DNA of 64,000 nt from Branchiostoma lanceolatum. Lineage: Eukaryota. Positions 22,507-35,379 of the stretch are shown here, piece by piece. The notes beneath the pieces are model-generated. The model saw nothing but the letters and a program-made list of their open reading frames with translations. It made no database searches and was not told the origin of the DNA. Every line of letters starts with the position of its first letter. The stretch's first letter is position 1. Position numbers and translations under genes: made by a program. The stretch spans positions 25,355,081 through 25,419,080 of the forward strand of contig NC_089722.1 in NCBI RefSeq assembly GCF_035083965.1. Direction: 5' to 3'.

Positions 22507-22647
22507 GTACAAAGGTTCCAACAGGCCATGGTAGACGGAGGAATGATGCTGTCAGAGCCACGGAGAATCTACGAACACAAACATCTGTTCAAGTCAACAG
22601 ATTACGACGCAGAAGATTATAACACAAAGGAGGAAGAGATTAACTGA
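22507..22647 (+). CDS. MRPL18: MRPL18 terminal exon (stop TGA 22645-22647)
   Basis: Translation VQRFQQAMVDGGMMLSEPRRIYEHKHLFKSTDYDAEDYNTKEEEIN*. Compare human [21 protein letters not shown]. Confidence 0.8.
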   Translation, partial: VQRFQQAMVDGGMMLSEPRRIYEHKHLFKSTDYDAEDYNTKEEEIN

Positions 22648-22681
22648 TGGACAAGTCCATAGATGTTGTATTGAAGACAGC

Positions 22682-22930
22682 ACACTTCTAACCCTTAAGC
22701 TGCCAGGTTTTTTAGCCAAGTAAAAATCAAAAATGTTTGACCCCTGACCTCCCTCACGAAACCCGCGAAACACCCGGCGGCGCTAACTCCCCTAACTTGC
22801 CGGCTTCGCGCGCTACACGCACGCAAAGCTGTTTTGTTCTAGGGAATACCCTATCCCGGTTATAACCGGGTCCAGCACACAAGGCATATTTCTGTATCCC
22901 TAGTTAAGTCGGGACTGGCAGCTTAAGGGC
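22682..22930. mobile_element. MITE (~250 bp) with perfect 15-bp TIRs cccttaagctgccag, CpG-rich interior, in the MRPL18 3' UTR/flank
   Basis: Left TIR 22682-22696; right TIR ctggcagcttaaggg at 22915-22929. Confidence 0.55.
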
Positions 22931-23289
22931 TAATTAGACAACCACATTTTTGATAAAAAGGTACAAAGATGTGTATAGAAAACAGCAACAAACTTGGAGC
23001 CTGGATGGCAAAGGATTATGATTATAGTAAATCTGAAACTGTTTCCAAGAATATGTGTGAAGTACCAGGAATAAAACTGGACGTGGTACAGTACTTTGTT
23101 TCCTTTGATCATTCATCTAAGCAAGGTATTTCACTTCTCCGTCATTCAAGATACTAGTAACCTTTTTCTAGAACATTTTAGATGTATGAGGCTTTGTAGG
23201 AAAATTTTGGGTTTACAGCTTTAAGGCCCTTCACTTCATATGTGATCTTTCAAGGACAGGACAGGGAACACAGCTTTCTTTAGGGAGAG

Positions 23290-23575
23290 GCCTCTTTGCA
23301 GGATACTTGTAGGGTGCAGTGGTCTAGTGTTTAACAATTCCACTTATAGACCAAAAGGTTGTGATTTCAAATCCCAGCCTAGCCATCAGAGTTTAGAACC
23401 CTGATATGAAAACTTCATCATGGGACACCATCATCATCAACCATCCCTGAACACAGAGAGCGGGCAGTCACGCTATAGTCTGGCAGGTCACCTGTCCAAG
23501 GTCTTTGTTGGCACTCCAAAGTCTGGAAAGCACTGGTGTAAGTCAGCCATAACTTGGTGAGTGTACATTTTGTGT
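23290..23575 (+). mobile_element. tRNA-derived SINE copy (family B; T-arm-like ggttgtgatttcaaatccc)
   Basis: tRNA-like head gcagtggtctagtg..ggttgtgatttcaaatcccagcc followed by a non-tRNA body. The body resembles the 63440-63690 copy (ttggcact..). Confidence 0.45.
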
Positions 23576-24189
23576 TAGACCAAATTCTCTCTTTCTCTCA
23601 CTCAAATACATAGTTACATATTTATATCGAGTTAATCTCCAAGCAGATGTTGGAAGGCAACATCGATTATTCATGTACATTTGAATACATGTACATGCAA
23701 GAACAAAAACTGGCCCGCTTTATTTTTTTGAGGGGGGGACCCAAAATGAGGTCCCATTGTAACACAGATGTACATTGTACCTGATGCACATGATAATTAA
23801 GCAACTGTTGCAACCCATACCATGCCACTGAGTACATAACTTATATTTTGTACATTTACTCGAAATGATTATATATTATATATTTAAGTGTCTGTCTTAG
23901 AATTTCGGACTCCTGAAATTACTTTGCAACGTTTGCTAGATTTGTGTAACCGACTTAGTATCCTGGATGCACGGACACTACATCAAATCTGTAGATAGCC
24001 CCTTAGCAACCACACCTGACTATTTGTTTACACCTATCAGCCTATGCATGAATGCTATCATTGTGCATATAAAACGGACTCCGATCACAGCACATGAGTA
24101 GGTTTCCTTTTCTTTTTGATGACAACACGTAATTGTTTTTGTCGAGGTGTTTAAATCGGCCACGCTTGCAAGAGTTGCACAACAAGTTG

Positions 24190-24430
24190 TAAGTTCTATT
24201 CAGACCGATGACTCAAGCCCAAACCACTTGCGCAGCAGTGCTGGGGATTTAACCTAATTAGCAATTTGACCAATGACATCGCGATCTTGTAACCATGTGG
24301 TCAAAATTGGAAACTCCTATTGGTCAGTGTCAGATAGGTCACCTGCCACGCCCCCATACTTGTCCCTATATCACTTCCTTGTTGGGCGTGTAGGGCTGAG
24401 CTGAGCTGCTGAAACGCTGCAGGTTTGAAC
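24190..24430 (+). promoter_or_regulatory. promoter-like block (paired inverted CCAAT boxes gaccaatga / attggtcag, GC box ccacgccccc), target unknown, possibly an upstream non-coding MVP exon
   Basis: Motif cluster 2.3 kb upstream of the MVP ATG. No convincing coding exon follows. Confidence 0.25.
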
Positions 24431-26723
24431 AACTTTTGCTACCTTCCTTGCCATATTTCTGCTGTAGATGTTACAGTAGCATTGTCACAAGGTACCAGAG
24501 GTCCTTACTCAGGATAGGTCTTGGATCTAGCCTGCAGTGTTTTGCGGCAAATTTCCTTCGATACGAAAATCCTACCCGCGCCTTGCTTGACCATTTTGTA
24601 GCTACGCAAAAAGAGGAACAGACTGGTAGACATTAGACCTTAGGACGTAGTGCATTCCTCTCTAGTTTTGTGCGTGCGAATGGTTCCTGTTTCATGTCAG
24701 TCTGTAACACTAACTTCTGCTGATGCCCGTGAATGCTATGTTATACGTGCAGTCACCCTTCTTAGGATGTCTATTTCGTTGTAAACTAAGGATGGCCTCA
24801 GGGGACCTGTTAGTGCTGAGTTTTTAAGTTCAGGAAGAAAATTTACAGCACAACTTATTTCTTGACCGACATCATTCATTTCTATCAGCAGCTGTAAGAA
24901 AGCAAGTCATGCATAACGTCAACAAAGCGGCAGATTTTCAACGATCCATCCATTCTTGCTGAACAATCACCTTGCAGATTATCTCGGCTTAGTAATCTTA
25001 TCTTAAAGCTGGATGACGTCAGACGATGTGACGTCAAATGCTTTTCATGATCATACCATGCCAGACTATTTGTTTTGAGAAAGTGGCATGTGTTGATGCA
25101 ATAGCCGTTACATTTTGGAAACCTTTTGAAATTAACCAGAAAACTGTTGTCAAATGTTGAAGAGAGAATGTGCCTCACCCCATGGCATAATAAAAGAAAT
25201 GAGATTATCGATAGGGGGATTATGAAATTATAAGGTTGATAAAGCATTGATTAGTGATATTCAAAATTCGATCCGCATGATTATTTATTGGCAAGGCAAC
25301 TTGGTACACAATGTTGAGAAAATCATCAAAGATTTACTGTCACCATAGAGATGTACCTAAACCTTCTTAAACTAAGATGTCACAATCCAGCTCAGCTCAT
25401 GACATCAGAGACTAACCTTAATAACGGGCATTGACATGCTGCAGTATTCATATGCATTCCAAGGTATCATTTCTCTTGTCCTACACATACCTGACATCTA
25501 TTGCAAGGGCAATGTTTCTGAAGCTTAGTGGTCAAATAAATGTACAGTTGTGGGCTGTACTTAACTGTCTTCACAATCAACAATTTAGCCCAATAGATTT
25601 CTTCTTTAAGATGGGAAATTTTCTCCCATGCATGGCCTGGTGAGTGAAGGAGCAAGGAAGGATTGACAGATATAGACTAGAATGAACAGGTTTTATGATA
25701 GTCCTAAGTGTATGCGTTTATTAACCCCAAGTCAATTATTCATAGCTTTATGCGTTTTGGGCATTTGGTACAAATTTTCAAGGACAGGTAATAATACACT
25801 CCTAATCAGTCTACAATGGTAAATACTGAATTTTCGTAATGTTGATATAACCATCAGATAGAAATAGGAGCTATAAACATGCTGGTGAAAAACGGACAAC
25901 GAAAGGTAAAAAAGACAAGTCATGTTTGCCCTATCTGTACAATGTAGGACAAACAGGTGATATTTGTTATTTGCGAGGGCTAGCCCCGCCCACGCACACC
26001 TTTGTGCAAAGGACGCTGGTCACAGGTCCTGATTGTATTCAGACACAAAGGTACGGCTTTGTGTACATGCCATTCCAGGCCTCTTTACAGTGCAGTAACA
26101 GGGGAAGAATTAGGTTGGTCAAGCATCGCTGGATAGATTCAGGTCAGTTTGTACAAGACTGTCTCAATGGGATAGGGTTACATGTGCTGTCTAAGATTCT
26201 AGCTTATCCGCTGCCCAACTGGGCCCTACGATGCCAGTTGGTCAGAGTAGCTTTACGCTAAAATGGCTGGATTTTAGGTTGCAAGGTCTGCCTTTTTAGG
26301 TACCAAGTAAGATGTTATTTGTTTGCAGCCTACTTTTTCTTCTAAAATAGGTGATTCAGTACTGAGCTAAACCCATGGATACAGCTGTATCATGTGGTGT
26401 CATGTCCTGCCACATCTTTCCTTGATAAACCCTTTCATTTTACCGGGTAATTATAACAAATGTGTGTGATCATGACAGGACATCTTAATGGTCTGACCGA
26501 ATCAGATATTATGTACATTGGTACATATCTATAAGTACATTGATACACACTTTTGATCATAATATCACTCTATGCTACAAATATTGTTTTGCTGTTGTTG
26601 TTTTCTTTATGATATTCACATTTTTTAGATTACATGATTCAATATAATCACATCATACATACACAATGAATTAAGAGTTTCTCTTTGTTTACAGTATCAT
26701 AGTCTCGACAACGATCAGTAACA

Positions 26724-26881
26724 ATGACGGACAGAAAGCAGGGTCGGTTTTCGGGAGGGAATGCGGAGGAGTCCATCTTCCGCATCCCGCCATTCTACTA
26801 CATGCACGTGCTGGACCAGAACCTCAACGTCACCAGGACCGAGGTTGGGCCAAAAACCTACATCCGACAGGACAATGAGAA
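26724..26881 (+). CDS. MVP: major vault protein exon 1
   Basis: Translation [52 protein letters not shown]. Compare human [39 protein letters not shown]. Donor gagaa|gtatgt. Confidence 0.9.
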
Positions 26882-28058
26882 GTATGTTCTGTTCATTTTC
26901 ACCTGTAGAAATTCTGTATCTGTATAGCCTGTACATTGTATAACCACCCTTCGACATAACACACCAGCTTTGCAGGCACGCAGCGTAACAGCAGCTGGTT
27001 ACATTACACCGAACGACCGCCACAGTACACATTTATAGTACAACCAACATTAACCCTAGAAGCATCAGGCAAGCATACACACGCCCACTCATTGAAGGAG
27101 TCGTCAGTACAATAAAAACTTCACTATACAAGTGTACGCAAGGTGTAAAGCAGGATGAAATTTACTGTATGTACATGTTTATTACCCAGAAAAATGATAA
27201 AAGATATCATTGATTGAAAGCTAGTTTTCAACATGATATTCAAAGTAGCAAAGGTCCATGTTTTTGAAGAATTGTATGACTTTGCATTCTGAATAATTTA
27301 TCATGAAATAACATTACATTGTTCTGCAGTCAATACCAATTTGGTAATGGGATTTGATGAATGACAATTTTGGAACTGATTCTTCACAGACCTTGAGCAA
27401 ACCTTGTTAATAATGGTTTTTCTACATGATGCTCCCGATATTGTAATGTTGGTATGGTAGGGTAGGGTCCATGCAATTCTTTGGGACTTTGCCAAATTGT
27501 CTTTTAAAACCTTGTCACTCATATGCAGGAAACTCATGTCACTGGTCACTGGTACAATGAAGAAAATGCTAAACGTTACATAATATGTAAAAATTACGAT
27601 GTACAGGACTTTCAAAAAATTAATCACAAAGTGAATCTATTACTCATTTACAAGTGCTCATCACAATGATTGATGATAGAGAGATCTAGAATTTACCTTG
27701 GCTGACAAGAGAACTGGACCTGTTGAGTACTTGACACTACAACATTTTAAAAGATATGGAAGTCTTTAGTCTGCATATTATGCAAACTCCAGCTGTCCGG
27801 GGCTGTGATTACATACTTATGGGCTGCTTGTTTACGGGAAGCTGCTATCAAGCATGATTAAATCAGGCTAGGAAGTCTTGTCATAGTAAAATATGCTCAT
27901 ATGGCTTTGTTGTCTCCAGAGTTGTGCTGCCTCCAGAGGTGATCTTGCCGCCAGTCCATAATGTAGTGTCTGTTTTACTTAACCTACTGATGTGTATTTG
28001 GGACTTTGCCATTGAAATGAGATAATCATATTAATTTTTTTTATTTTTGTTGTGTCCA

Positions 28059-28255
28059 GGGTTGTGTTGCCTCCAGAGAAGATGATCACGGTGCCGCCGC
28101 GCCACTACTGCGTCGTGGAGAACCCTGTGGTGCGCGGTGAGGATGGGGCCACCGTGTACGACACCAGCGGACAGGTGAAGCTGGTCCACGCCGACCTGGA
28201 GATCCGCCTGGCGCAGGACCCCTTCCCACTCTTCCCTGGAGAAACACTCAAACAG
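28059..28255 (+). CDS. MVP: MVP exon 2
   Basis: Translation (K)[65 protein letters not shown]. Compare human [12 protein letters not shown]...[23 protein letters not shown]. Confidence 0.9.
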
Positions 28256-29009
28256 GTGGGCTGAAAGGTTTCTAGGACTTAGAGAAGGAGATATGATACT
28301 CTATGAGCACCTATACAGAACGTAAGCATTGAAGGTCATGTTCGCGTATTTGAGGTTAATATCTGGTATATATAGGTTCATACAGTTGTGTCGAGAGACA
28401 TATCTTATACAACGACTGTAACTCTTATACAATGTTGACCAAAGAGGATGAAAAAGCTATGATAGGATAGCAGGATAGCTCATTACATTCTAGATACATA
28501 GCGTACTCCATGTGTGTTATCTTTTACCATTTGAATGTAATATGAAAACTATTGATGATGTAGGTGTAAGCACGCAGGATTTCAACCAGCCACGATAGAT
28601 TTATTCTAGGTAACCTTTTAGTGATAGATATAACATGATTTTTTATCTAAACAATTTAGTAGACATATTAGATTGTAATGCTATAACTATTGGTATAGGG
28701 AAGTGTATCATCGATCAGCCACTATTAGATAACTGTTGAAAGGGTAAAGAATCAAAGTACATTAAGTGTAATAAAATCAATGGTGATATGATGCAGAATC
28801 ACCCTTTGTCCCCATCCCAAAGGTTGTTTTACACAAGATCAGAGATGGTCATGTGAAATCAACTTAAGGTTAAAGGTTAGCAGACAGAGATAACAGAATA
28901 ACAAATACTCAAGACATTCAGTAACAGAATTTTGGTCATTATCAGATCAGCTAAATATTTACAGAGGTCTAATGTCATGTATGGAATGCTTTCATCTCTG
29001 AAATATGGT

Positions 29010-30108
29010 ATAACGTTGGGTAACCTAAATTCGGGATTTTTCCGATAATGGTTGACTGAAATCAATCTAGCAGAACAATAAACCATCCTTTTTTTCTATT
29101 ATTCTGTCAGTATCATGTACTATCTTTGCACTAATCATATATATGGTAGATTTTGTCTCTAGTCGTGCTGACACCATAATATTTCAACTTGAAACTACCG
29201 TGCGCCGCACGCACAATTGTGGTGCTGTCGGACAGGGGGGCACATTAATTCGGGAGAGAAGATTCGTCTTGAATATCTTACCGCTAATCACATTTTATAC
29301 AGCAGCTATTCGTTCTATCCTTGGCTTGAGGAGAGTGCTATGGATATAGACGTGTCCAAGTAAAAAAAATACACGAAGAAACGGCCGTACCGCACACATC
29401 AGGCCAGTTCGGGAACAACCCGTGTGTTGAGTCGGTAGAACTTCACTCAAAGTCGGCCCATCGTCATCATCGGGCAACGTGTAACGTTACATTATTCATG
29501 GGAAGTTAGCTGGATGCCGTAGCAATGGTAATACTACTATGTCCATGTGTTCCTTGTTGTGTTAGGAGCAAACTTTGAGGAAAATATCTTCCTCAGTCCA
29601 CTATCACACGCAGCATTTAGACAAAAAAGTGTTCCTCACAAACCTTTGTCGTCTGCTTGACAACAGGATTCTGGTTAACAATATGGCGGCGGGAAAATAC
29701 ACGTGCCGTAGGTTGTAGCAACAGAGAGGAGTTTTGATGATTGATCACACTTAGAATATAGTTGCAGGTTAGCAAAAGAGATTGTAATAAGTTGTCTTAT
29801 AAATAATTGTGTTTAGCAGGCAGGAGATGTGACATTTGTCTTATAAACCAGCGAACAACCGTGCTGGGTGATTCTCCCACGAAGCCCCCAGACTCTGTCA
29901 ATAAGGGACGGAGAGGTTTTGACGTCGCCAACTTCTAATGCATGGTTATCGAAGCTTTTCAGCCAGTGTTCTGAATACGTTAGTCTATCTGCTTTGCATT
30001 GCTGGCGTTATAACTGATTTTGCATGTAGCACATATCCCTAAATACCCCGTTTTCGAAAAATCCCGACTTTAAGTACCCCACGAATTTAGGTTACCCAAC
30101 GTTACATG
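29010..30108. mobile_element. DNA-transposon-like insertion (~1.1 kb) with ~35-bp TIRs taacgttgggtaacctaaattcgggatttttcc, in MVP intron 2
   Basis: Left TIR 29010-29044. Right TIR 30056-30106, the reverse complement with a 16-nt internal insertion. Confidence 0.5.
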
Positions 30109-30276
30109 ATATCATGGTTTACAGGTTTGTTAGCCAGAAAAAGCTTTTATACAGTTTTGGAGGCAGATATAGCCATCTCCCTGCTGCCTAACACTAAGTA
30201 ACCTTGTACAAATGGACTGAAATATCCTCAGCATGGAAAGGGTTAAAACGTTATCTAATCTATTACCCCCTTCCAG

Positions 30277-30399
30277 AATGTGACGCCCCTGAAAGTGGTC
30301 TCTGCGGACACTGCCCTGAGGCTGCGGGCAGTCCTGGACTTTGAAGACCAGACAGGACAGAAGAGAGTGGCCGGAGATGAATGGCTCTTTGAAGGACCA
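30277..30399 (+). CDS. MVP: MVP exon 3
   Basis: Translation [41 protein letters not shown](G). Compare human [41 protein letters not shown]. Confidence 0.9.
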
Positions 30400-30633
30400 G
30401 GTTAGATACTCAATATGCAATTATTTCATAGACTAGCTAGATGTTTTTATAATCATCCAAATCAAGGACTGGGATGAAGTTCTGAATAGTTGGCAGCCAT
30501 ACTTTCCAAACTGTATGTCGCTGATTCCTGCATGCAATTCAAAGATTAAGAATGCTTTGTTTTGATTTGTTTCTTACAGCAGATTTCTCCGGTTGCCACT
30601 ATGTCTTATGCTGCATTTCTTTCCTTTAAATAG

Positions 30634-30765
30634 GCACTTACATTCCAAGGAAGGAGGTTGTAGTTGACGAGACAGTCCGTGCGACCGTGATCTTGCCGAA
30701 CCAGGCCATCAAGCTGAGGGCGCGCAAGGAGACAGAAGACCGCGATGGCAACCACAGGGTCACAG
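30634..30765 (+). CDS. MVP: MVP exon 4
   Basis: Translation (G)[43 protein letters not shown](G). Compare human [44 protein letters not shown]. Confidence 0.9.
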
Positions 30766-30802
30766 GTGACATTGCAAACTCTGATTCTGATTTTTTGGTT
30801 AA

Positions 30803-30965
30803 GCATCTCAAGATTTATCTAAAACATCTCAAGATTTATTCAAAATGTCTCAAGATTTTTCTAAAACATCTCAAGATTTTTTTTAAACATCTCAACATAT
30901 TTCTAAAACATCTCAAGATTTATTCAAAACATCTTACAATTTTGCACAAAATCTCAAGATGTTTT
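30803..30965. repeat. minisatellite, ~21-22-bp unit catctcaagatttatctaaaa x ~7.5, in MVP intron 4
   Basis: Tandem imperfect copies are visible in sequence. Translated it gives the [19 protein letters not shown] repeat ORF artefact at 30687-30968. Confidence 0.85.
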
Positions 30966-31084
30966 TAATGAAGATTACTACTGGCAGTCATTCTCTATCA
31001 TTTCACAATATAAGCCATAACTCTGTTTATTCTGATTCTACTAAATAATGGTGCATGACACAATTTTGTTTTTTGTCCATTCAG

Positions 31085-31179
31085 GTGAAGAGTGGGTTGT
31101 GAAGAAGGTGGGAGCCTATCTGCCCGGTGCATATGAGGAGGTTGTGGACGTGGTGAACGCCTATGTCCTGACAGAAAAG
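31085..31179 (+). CDS. MVP: MVP exon 5
   Basis: Translation (G)[31 protein letters not shown]. Compare human [31 protein letters not shown]. Confidence 0.9.
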
Positions 31180-31469
31180 GTATCTTGAACAAACATTTTC
31201 TTCAAATTCTATTGTTGCATATAGACCAATCCCATGTACCTGCCTACATTATTCAAAATTTAGACTGCAATAGAAAATAAAAACAGAAGTATGCAAAAAA
31301 TGTGACATATGTGCAGCCACTTTCTTCTTGGTTAAACTTCAATTTTGATTGACAACTAGGATAAGTCCATTGCAATCTTATGGCAGATTTTTGTCAGTGC
31401 CTTCTTTCACTTAACTATAGCATTTTTAGAGCACTGCTGACCATGGGTGTATTCAAATGTGTGTTACAG

Positions 31470-31595
31470 AAAGCTCTGCACATGCGAGCGCTGCGGACCT
31501 TCAAGGACTTCAAGAACCAGACGAGGAAGAGCGGTGAGGAGTGGCTCATCACAATGGAGGACACCGAGACTCACATTCCGGATGTTTATGAGGAG
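31470..31595 (+). CDS. MVP: MVP exon 6
   Basis: Translation [42 protein letters not shown]. Compare human [42 protein letters not shown]. Confidence 0.9.
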
Positions 31596-31841
31596 GTATG
31601 AGAGCCGAAACACACCCTGTTATAACTGTAGTTGTAATGCATGATTGACAGCACAGGCCATATAAATATTAACACCTAAAGCTGCCTAAATCCAATACAA
31701 CTACCATAAGGCTAGTTTGGCAGAGAAAATGTTAAAAAGGCATTAGGAATTAGTAAAATGTAAAGATTTAGAGAATATGAGAATCAAGCTGATACACATG
31801 CACAGTACATCTAAATTTGAGTTTCCATGTTTACTTTCCAG

Positions 31842-31952
31842 GTTGTTGGAGTGATCAACATCACGACCCTGAGCAACCGCGAGTACGCCGTGATCGTGGA
31901 CCCTGTAGGGGAGGATGGGAAACCCCAGTTGGGCCAGCGGAAGCTCGTTAAG
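31842..31952 (+). CDS. MVP: MVP exon 7
   Basis: Translation [37 protein letters not shown]. Compare human [37 protein letters not shown]. Confidence 0.9.
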
Positions 31953-32272
31953 GTCAGTACTTTAAAAGTTTTATATCTTTGCCAGAAATGTGGATGTGTG
32001 TGATGAAAAGTTAGTGGCGTTGTCCAGTCCACATAGACAATATCTCACGTCAACCTCATATATCATTGAACCAGAATGCTAATTTTTTTTTGTCTTTCCA
32101 ACCAACATATTATTTCTGTGGTTTTTCACTAATATTGAACTCCTATCACTTGTATTGAACTGCTGTCAAAATAAAGATATTAATTCAAGGAAAACCAGAC
32201 AGTCTTGAATTGCGTCTTGAGGCCTTGCTATCAACTTGAAGGAAGTAAGAGAGATGTTGTGGTTTGTTTCAG

Positions 32273-32398
32273 GGGGAGAAGTCCTTCTTCCTGCAGCCAG
32301 GGGAGACCCTGGAGGACGGGATCCAGCCCATGTACATCTTGGAAGAGGACGAGGGACTCATCCTTAAGGCTAACGAAGCCTTTAAGGACATGGATGCT
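32273..32398 (+). CDS. MVP: MVP exon 8
   Basis: Translation [42 protein letters not shown]. Compare human [37 protein letters not shown]. Confidence 0.9.
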
Positions 32399-32593
32399 GT
32401 AAGAACATCACTTTTTTCTTTATTATATAGATAAAGAAATTATAGTCATTTCAATTTTTAGAGAACCAGAGTGCCCAAGGAGGTTTAGATAGGATTTAAA
32501 CCCCTTTGGAGTACATAAGGGCAAAGTCAGGCTTTCAGGTCAGCAATAGATGTTTTTCTGTGAGGTATTTCATAGCAGGTCTGTTTTGCTTAG

Positions 32594-32647
32594 ACTGACG
32601 ATGAGGAAGCTGATGAGGAAGTGTCGTCCAAACCAGCCGGCGCCCAG
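32594..32647 (+). CDS. MVP: MVP exon 9 (acidic micro-exon)
   Basis: tag|ACTGAC..cccag|gtaaca. Translation TDDEEADEEVSSKPAGAQ. Compare human EEGEDEEKVSHQAGD. Confidence 0.75.
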
Positions 32648-33323
32648 GTAACACCGGTGACTACAGCATCTGGATCTCTGTAGCTTTGCTTGAGTTTGTG
32701 GTGTTAGGGCATGAAAAAAGAAAAACTCATCATACTTGATTGGATTAGTGATGGCAAATGCAACTAATTCTGTTTGATTGCATACAGTGTGATTTCGGTT
32801 TGCCAAATGGTGCATGAACTACAAGGTAATTTTGTGGGTTTTGATTGCGTGGTATCGTATCTCTATTTATTTTGTTTTTGTTACGTCTTGTAAGCAAACT
32901 TTGTATGCTTCATTGATTTTCCCATGTTCTGCCATGAATAGATAACACTTATTAGTGAATTCTTTGGATTCAATCAGACCAATGCTGTTTTAAGGTCATC
33001 TATGATGAGAATGTACAATCTCCAAGTCTTATAGTCTATCAAAAGCTCAGAACTTGTAGATGTGTGTAGATTGCTGTGGGCTTAACTGTTAAAGTTTGTC
33101 CATGAATATTTGCTGTGACTGATAATCACTAACAGTGCAAATTGTTTTTACCCAAGCCATTCCATTAGTGCAGTTGCATGCCAGTCACTGCTTGTGATTC
33201 TTGTGCAATATCTATTAGCCTCCAACCCTGCACTTCTACTCTACTATCTATACTACTTTTGACATGCCGTCATCTATAATATATAAATCTATCATTGATC
33301 ACAAAATTAAATTTTCTTTGCAG

Positions 33324-33482
33324 CAGAAGGACGGAGTAGAGCGCAAACCTGGAGACCGCTGGATGATCCGCGGCCCTAAGGAGTATGTTCCGCCCGTGGA
33401 GGTTACCGTGGTGATGAAGAGGAAGGCCATTCCATTGGACGAGAACGAGGGTATCTACATCCGGAATATCAAAACTGGCAAG
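33324..33482 (+). CDS. MVP: MVP exon 10
   Basis: Translation [53 protein letters not shown]. Compare human [43 protein letters not shown]. Confidence 0.9.
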
Positions 33483-33774
33483 GTGAACAATTTGGTTCCA
33501 CATTTGCTTATTTGCTATCAACTGACCATTGACCCTTTTCCATTAACAAGGACTGAAACCAGTTCTTTTGGTAGGGATCTTTTAGTTCACATTCTTTGCA
33601 TTTGAACATTTTCAAGTTTTGTGGTCACACTGTGCAGTATAAGCAAAACTTTCCCCCCAAGAACTAAAAAGCTGAGTGTAAAATACACAAACAAATCTGC
33701 TATTCTGCATAGCAACTCTGTTGATTGTTTTGCATGTCTGAAGCACAGATAATGTATGACCTTTGACCTTGCAG

Positions 33775-33876
33775 GTCCGTGCGGTCTGCGGACAGACCTA
33801 CATGTTGGACCAGGATGAGGAGAGTTGGGCCAAACAGCTGCCGCCAGCCGTGGAGGCTCTCCTCACACAAAACTTG
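33775..33876 (+). CDS. MVP: MVP exon 11
   Basis: Translation [34 protein letters not shown]. Compare human [34 protein letters not shown]. Confidence 0.9.
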
Positions 33877-34910
33877 GTAGGTACATCTGCTGACTGGAAA
33901 ACCAGTCAAACTTGAGCAAAATGTTGGCAAAGAAACTGTATGACCAAAATATCAGGAACCCAAGTGTGGCAGGTCCTAAAATGTCTTGCGCAGAGAAAGC
34001 CAGATTTACCTGTAGTCAAGCATGTATTAGTACAGTGCTCATTCTTTGAGACAGGTAATAGATGGGGAAACAAAGGAATAAATGTTAGATTTACCTCAAT
34101 GCATCAGATCGCTCCACATAAGCTTAATCAAGATGATCAAAGATGCTAAAAAAATTTTCCAACACGGATAATGTACACTTCCGGCATCTGAAATTTTAAG
34201 TGATACTTATACTTAACTTGCATTAAAAAAGACGGTTTTTACTGTCATTAATCATATTACCTACCAACACAGGTGAGCTTATTCATTCTAATATCGGTCA
34301 AATTTATTCCTTTGTTTTGTAACCCCACTGTATAGGTACTAGACACAGGCAGACCTGCATTTGGGTCTATGATGAACATATGTCCTGATCTAGGGGAAAT
34401 TCAACAGGAAGTTCAACAACAGGTTCAAGTTCAAAAACAGCAGAGATCTCAGCCTCGCTACAGAGCTGCTGAAGTTGGCATGGCTGTGCAGGCCTACAGT
34501 AATGTTGGGAGTGTAAGTTAAGGCAAAGTAGAGAGCAACTTGCATGGGTGCAACTGAGAAATTACTGTAGCTTTCACTATGCATTTCTGGTTGTGTGATG
34601 TGTATGTGCTTAAACCTGGCATAGATGTGAATGCAAAAAAAGGCACAAATGCTTTTTTTCTTGCTTTAAACATATGCAATCTAAGCTTCAATGTTGCAAT
34701 TAAGCTATAGAGTTGTAGCTGTAGCTTAAGCTGAAGCTGCACAGCACTACTGTAACAGTTTTTGAAACTAGATACCAGGACTTTGGGGTATGCCAGACAT
34801 CTATTAGGCAATCTCCCATTTAGGGAATGAAAGCTACAGAATTCCTTTATTTAGTTGCCTTAGGAAAAGCTCTCTGAACTGTTCTGAATTTCACCTGTTT
34901 GCTTGTTTAG

Positions 34911-35047
34911 GATCCTCTTGCAGACCGAAGCGACCGTGGTACCCGCCCGCGTCCCGATCAGCCACGTGACAAAACCAAGGTCGTGACCTTCCGTGTGCCT
35001 CACAACGCTGCTGTCCAGATCTACGACTACAAGGAGAAGAAAGCAAG
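34911..35047 (+). CDS. MVP: MVP exon 12
   Basis: Translation [45 protein letters not shown](R). Compare human [48 protein letters not shown]. Confidence 0.9.
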
Positions 35048-35379
35048 GTATCTATGATATTGATATATGGTATCTTTATGTCTATAATATTATGATCTTG
35101 ATTTTTACTGTGGAATTTCTCAAGAAGTAAAACCAAACTAGCAAATTACTAGTGGAAGACAGTGACACAAACTTTCATGTAGTATCGACGTGTGCATGAT
35201 GTCTAAGATATCTGTTGGGCAGATTTAAATTCCTGATTCTGAGTCATACAGAATTTTTCTTTTGCAGTTGCAGTTCATATCTCCATGTTTGATATTCCTT
35301 GATAGGTCAATAAGTTGAATAGAATCTCTGGGTTACAATCAGTGACCAATACTGACCATGGATTGCTGACTATATTTCA

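Noticed and set aside
34397-34513. Gln-rich open frame in MVP intron 11 as a constitutive exon
   Set aside because: Not required for continuity (exon 11 LLTQNL joins exon 12 DPLADR exactly as in human MVP), and the acceptor is weak. Kept only as a low-priority alternative-exon idea in findings.
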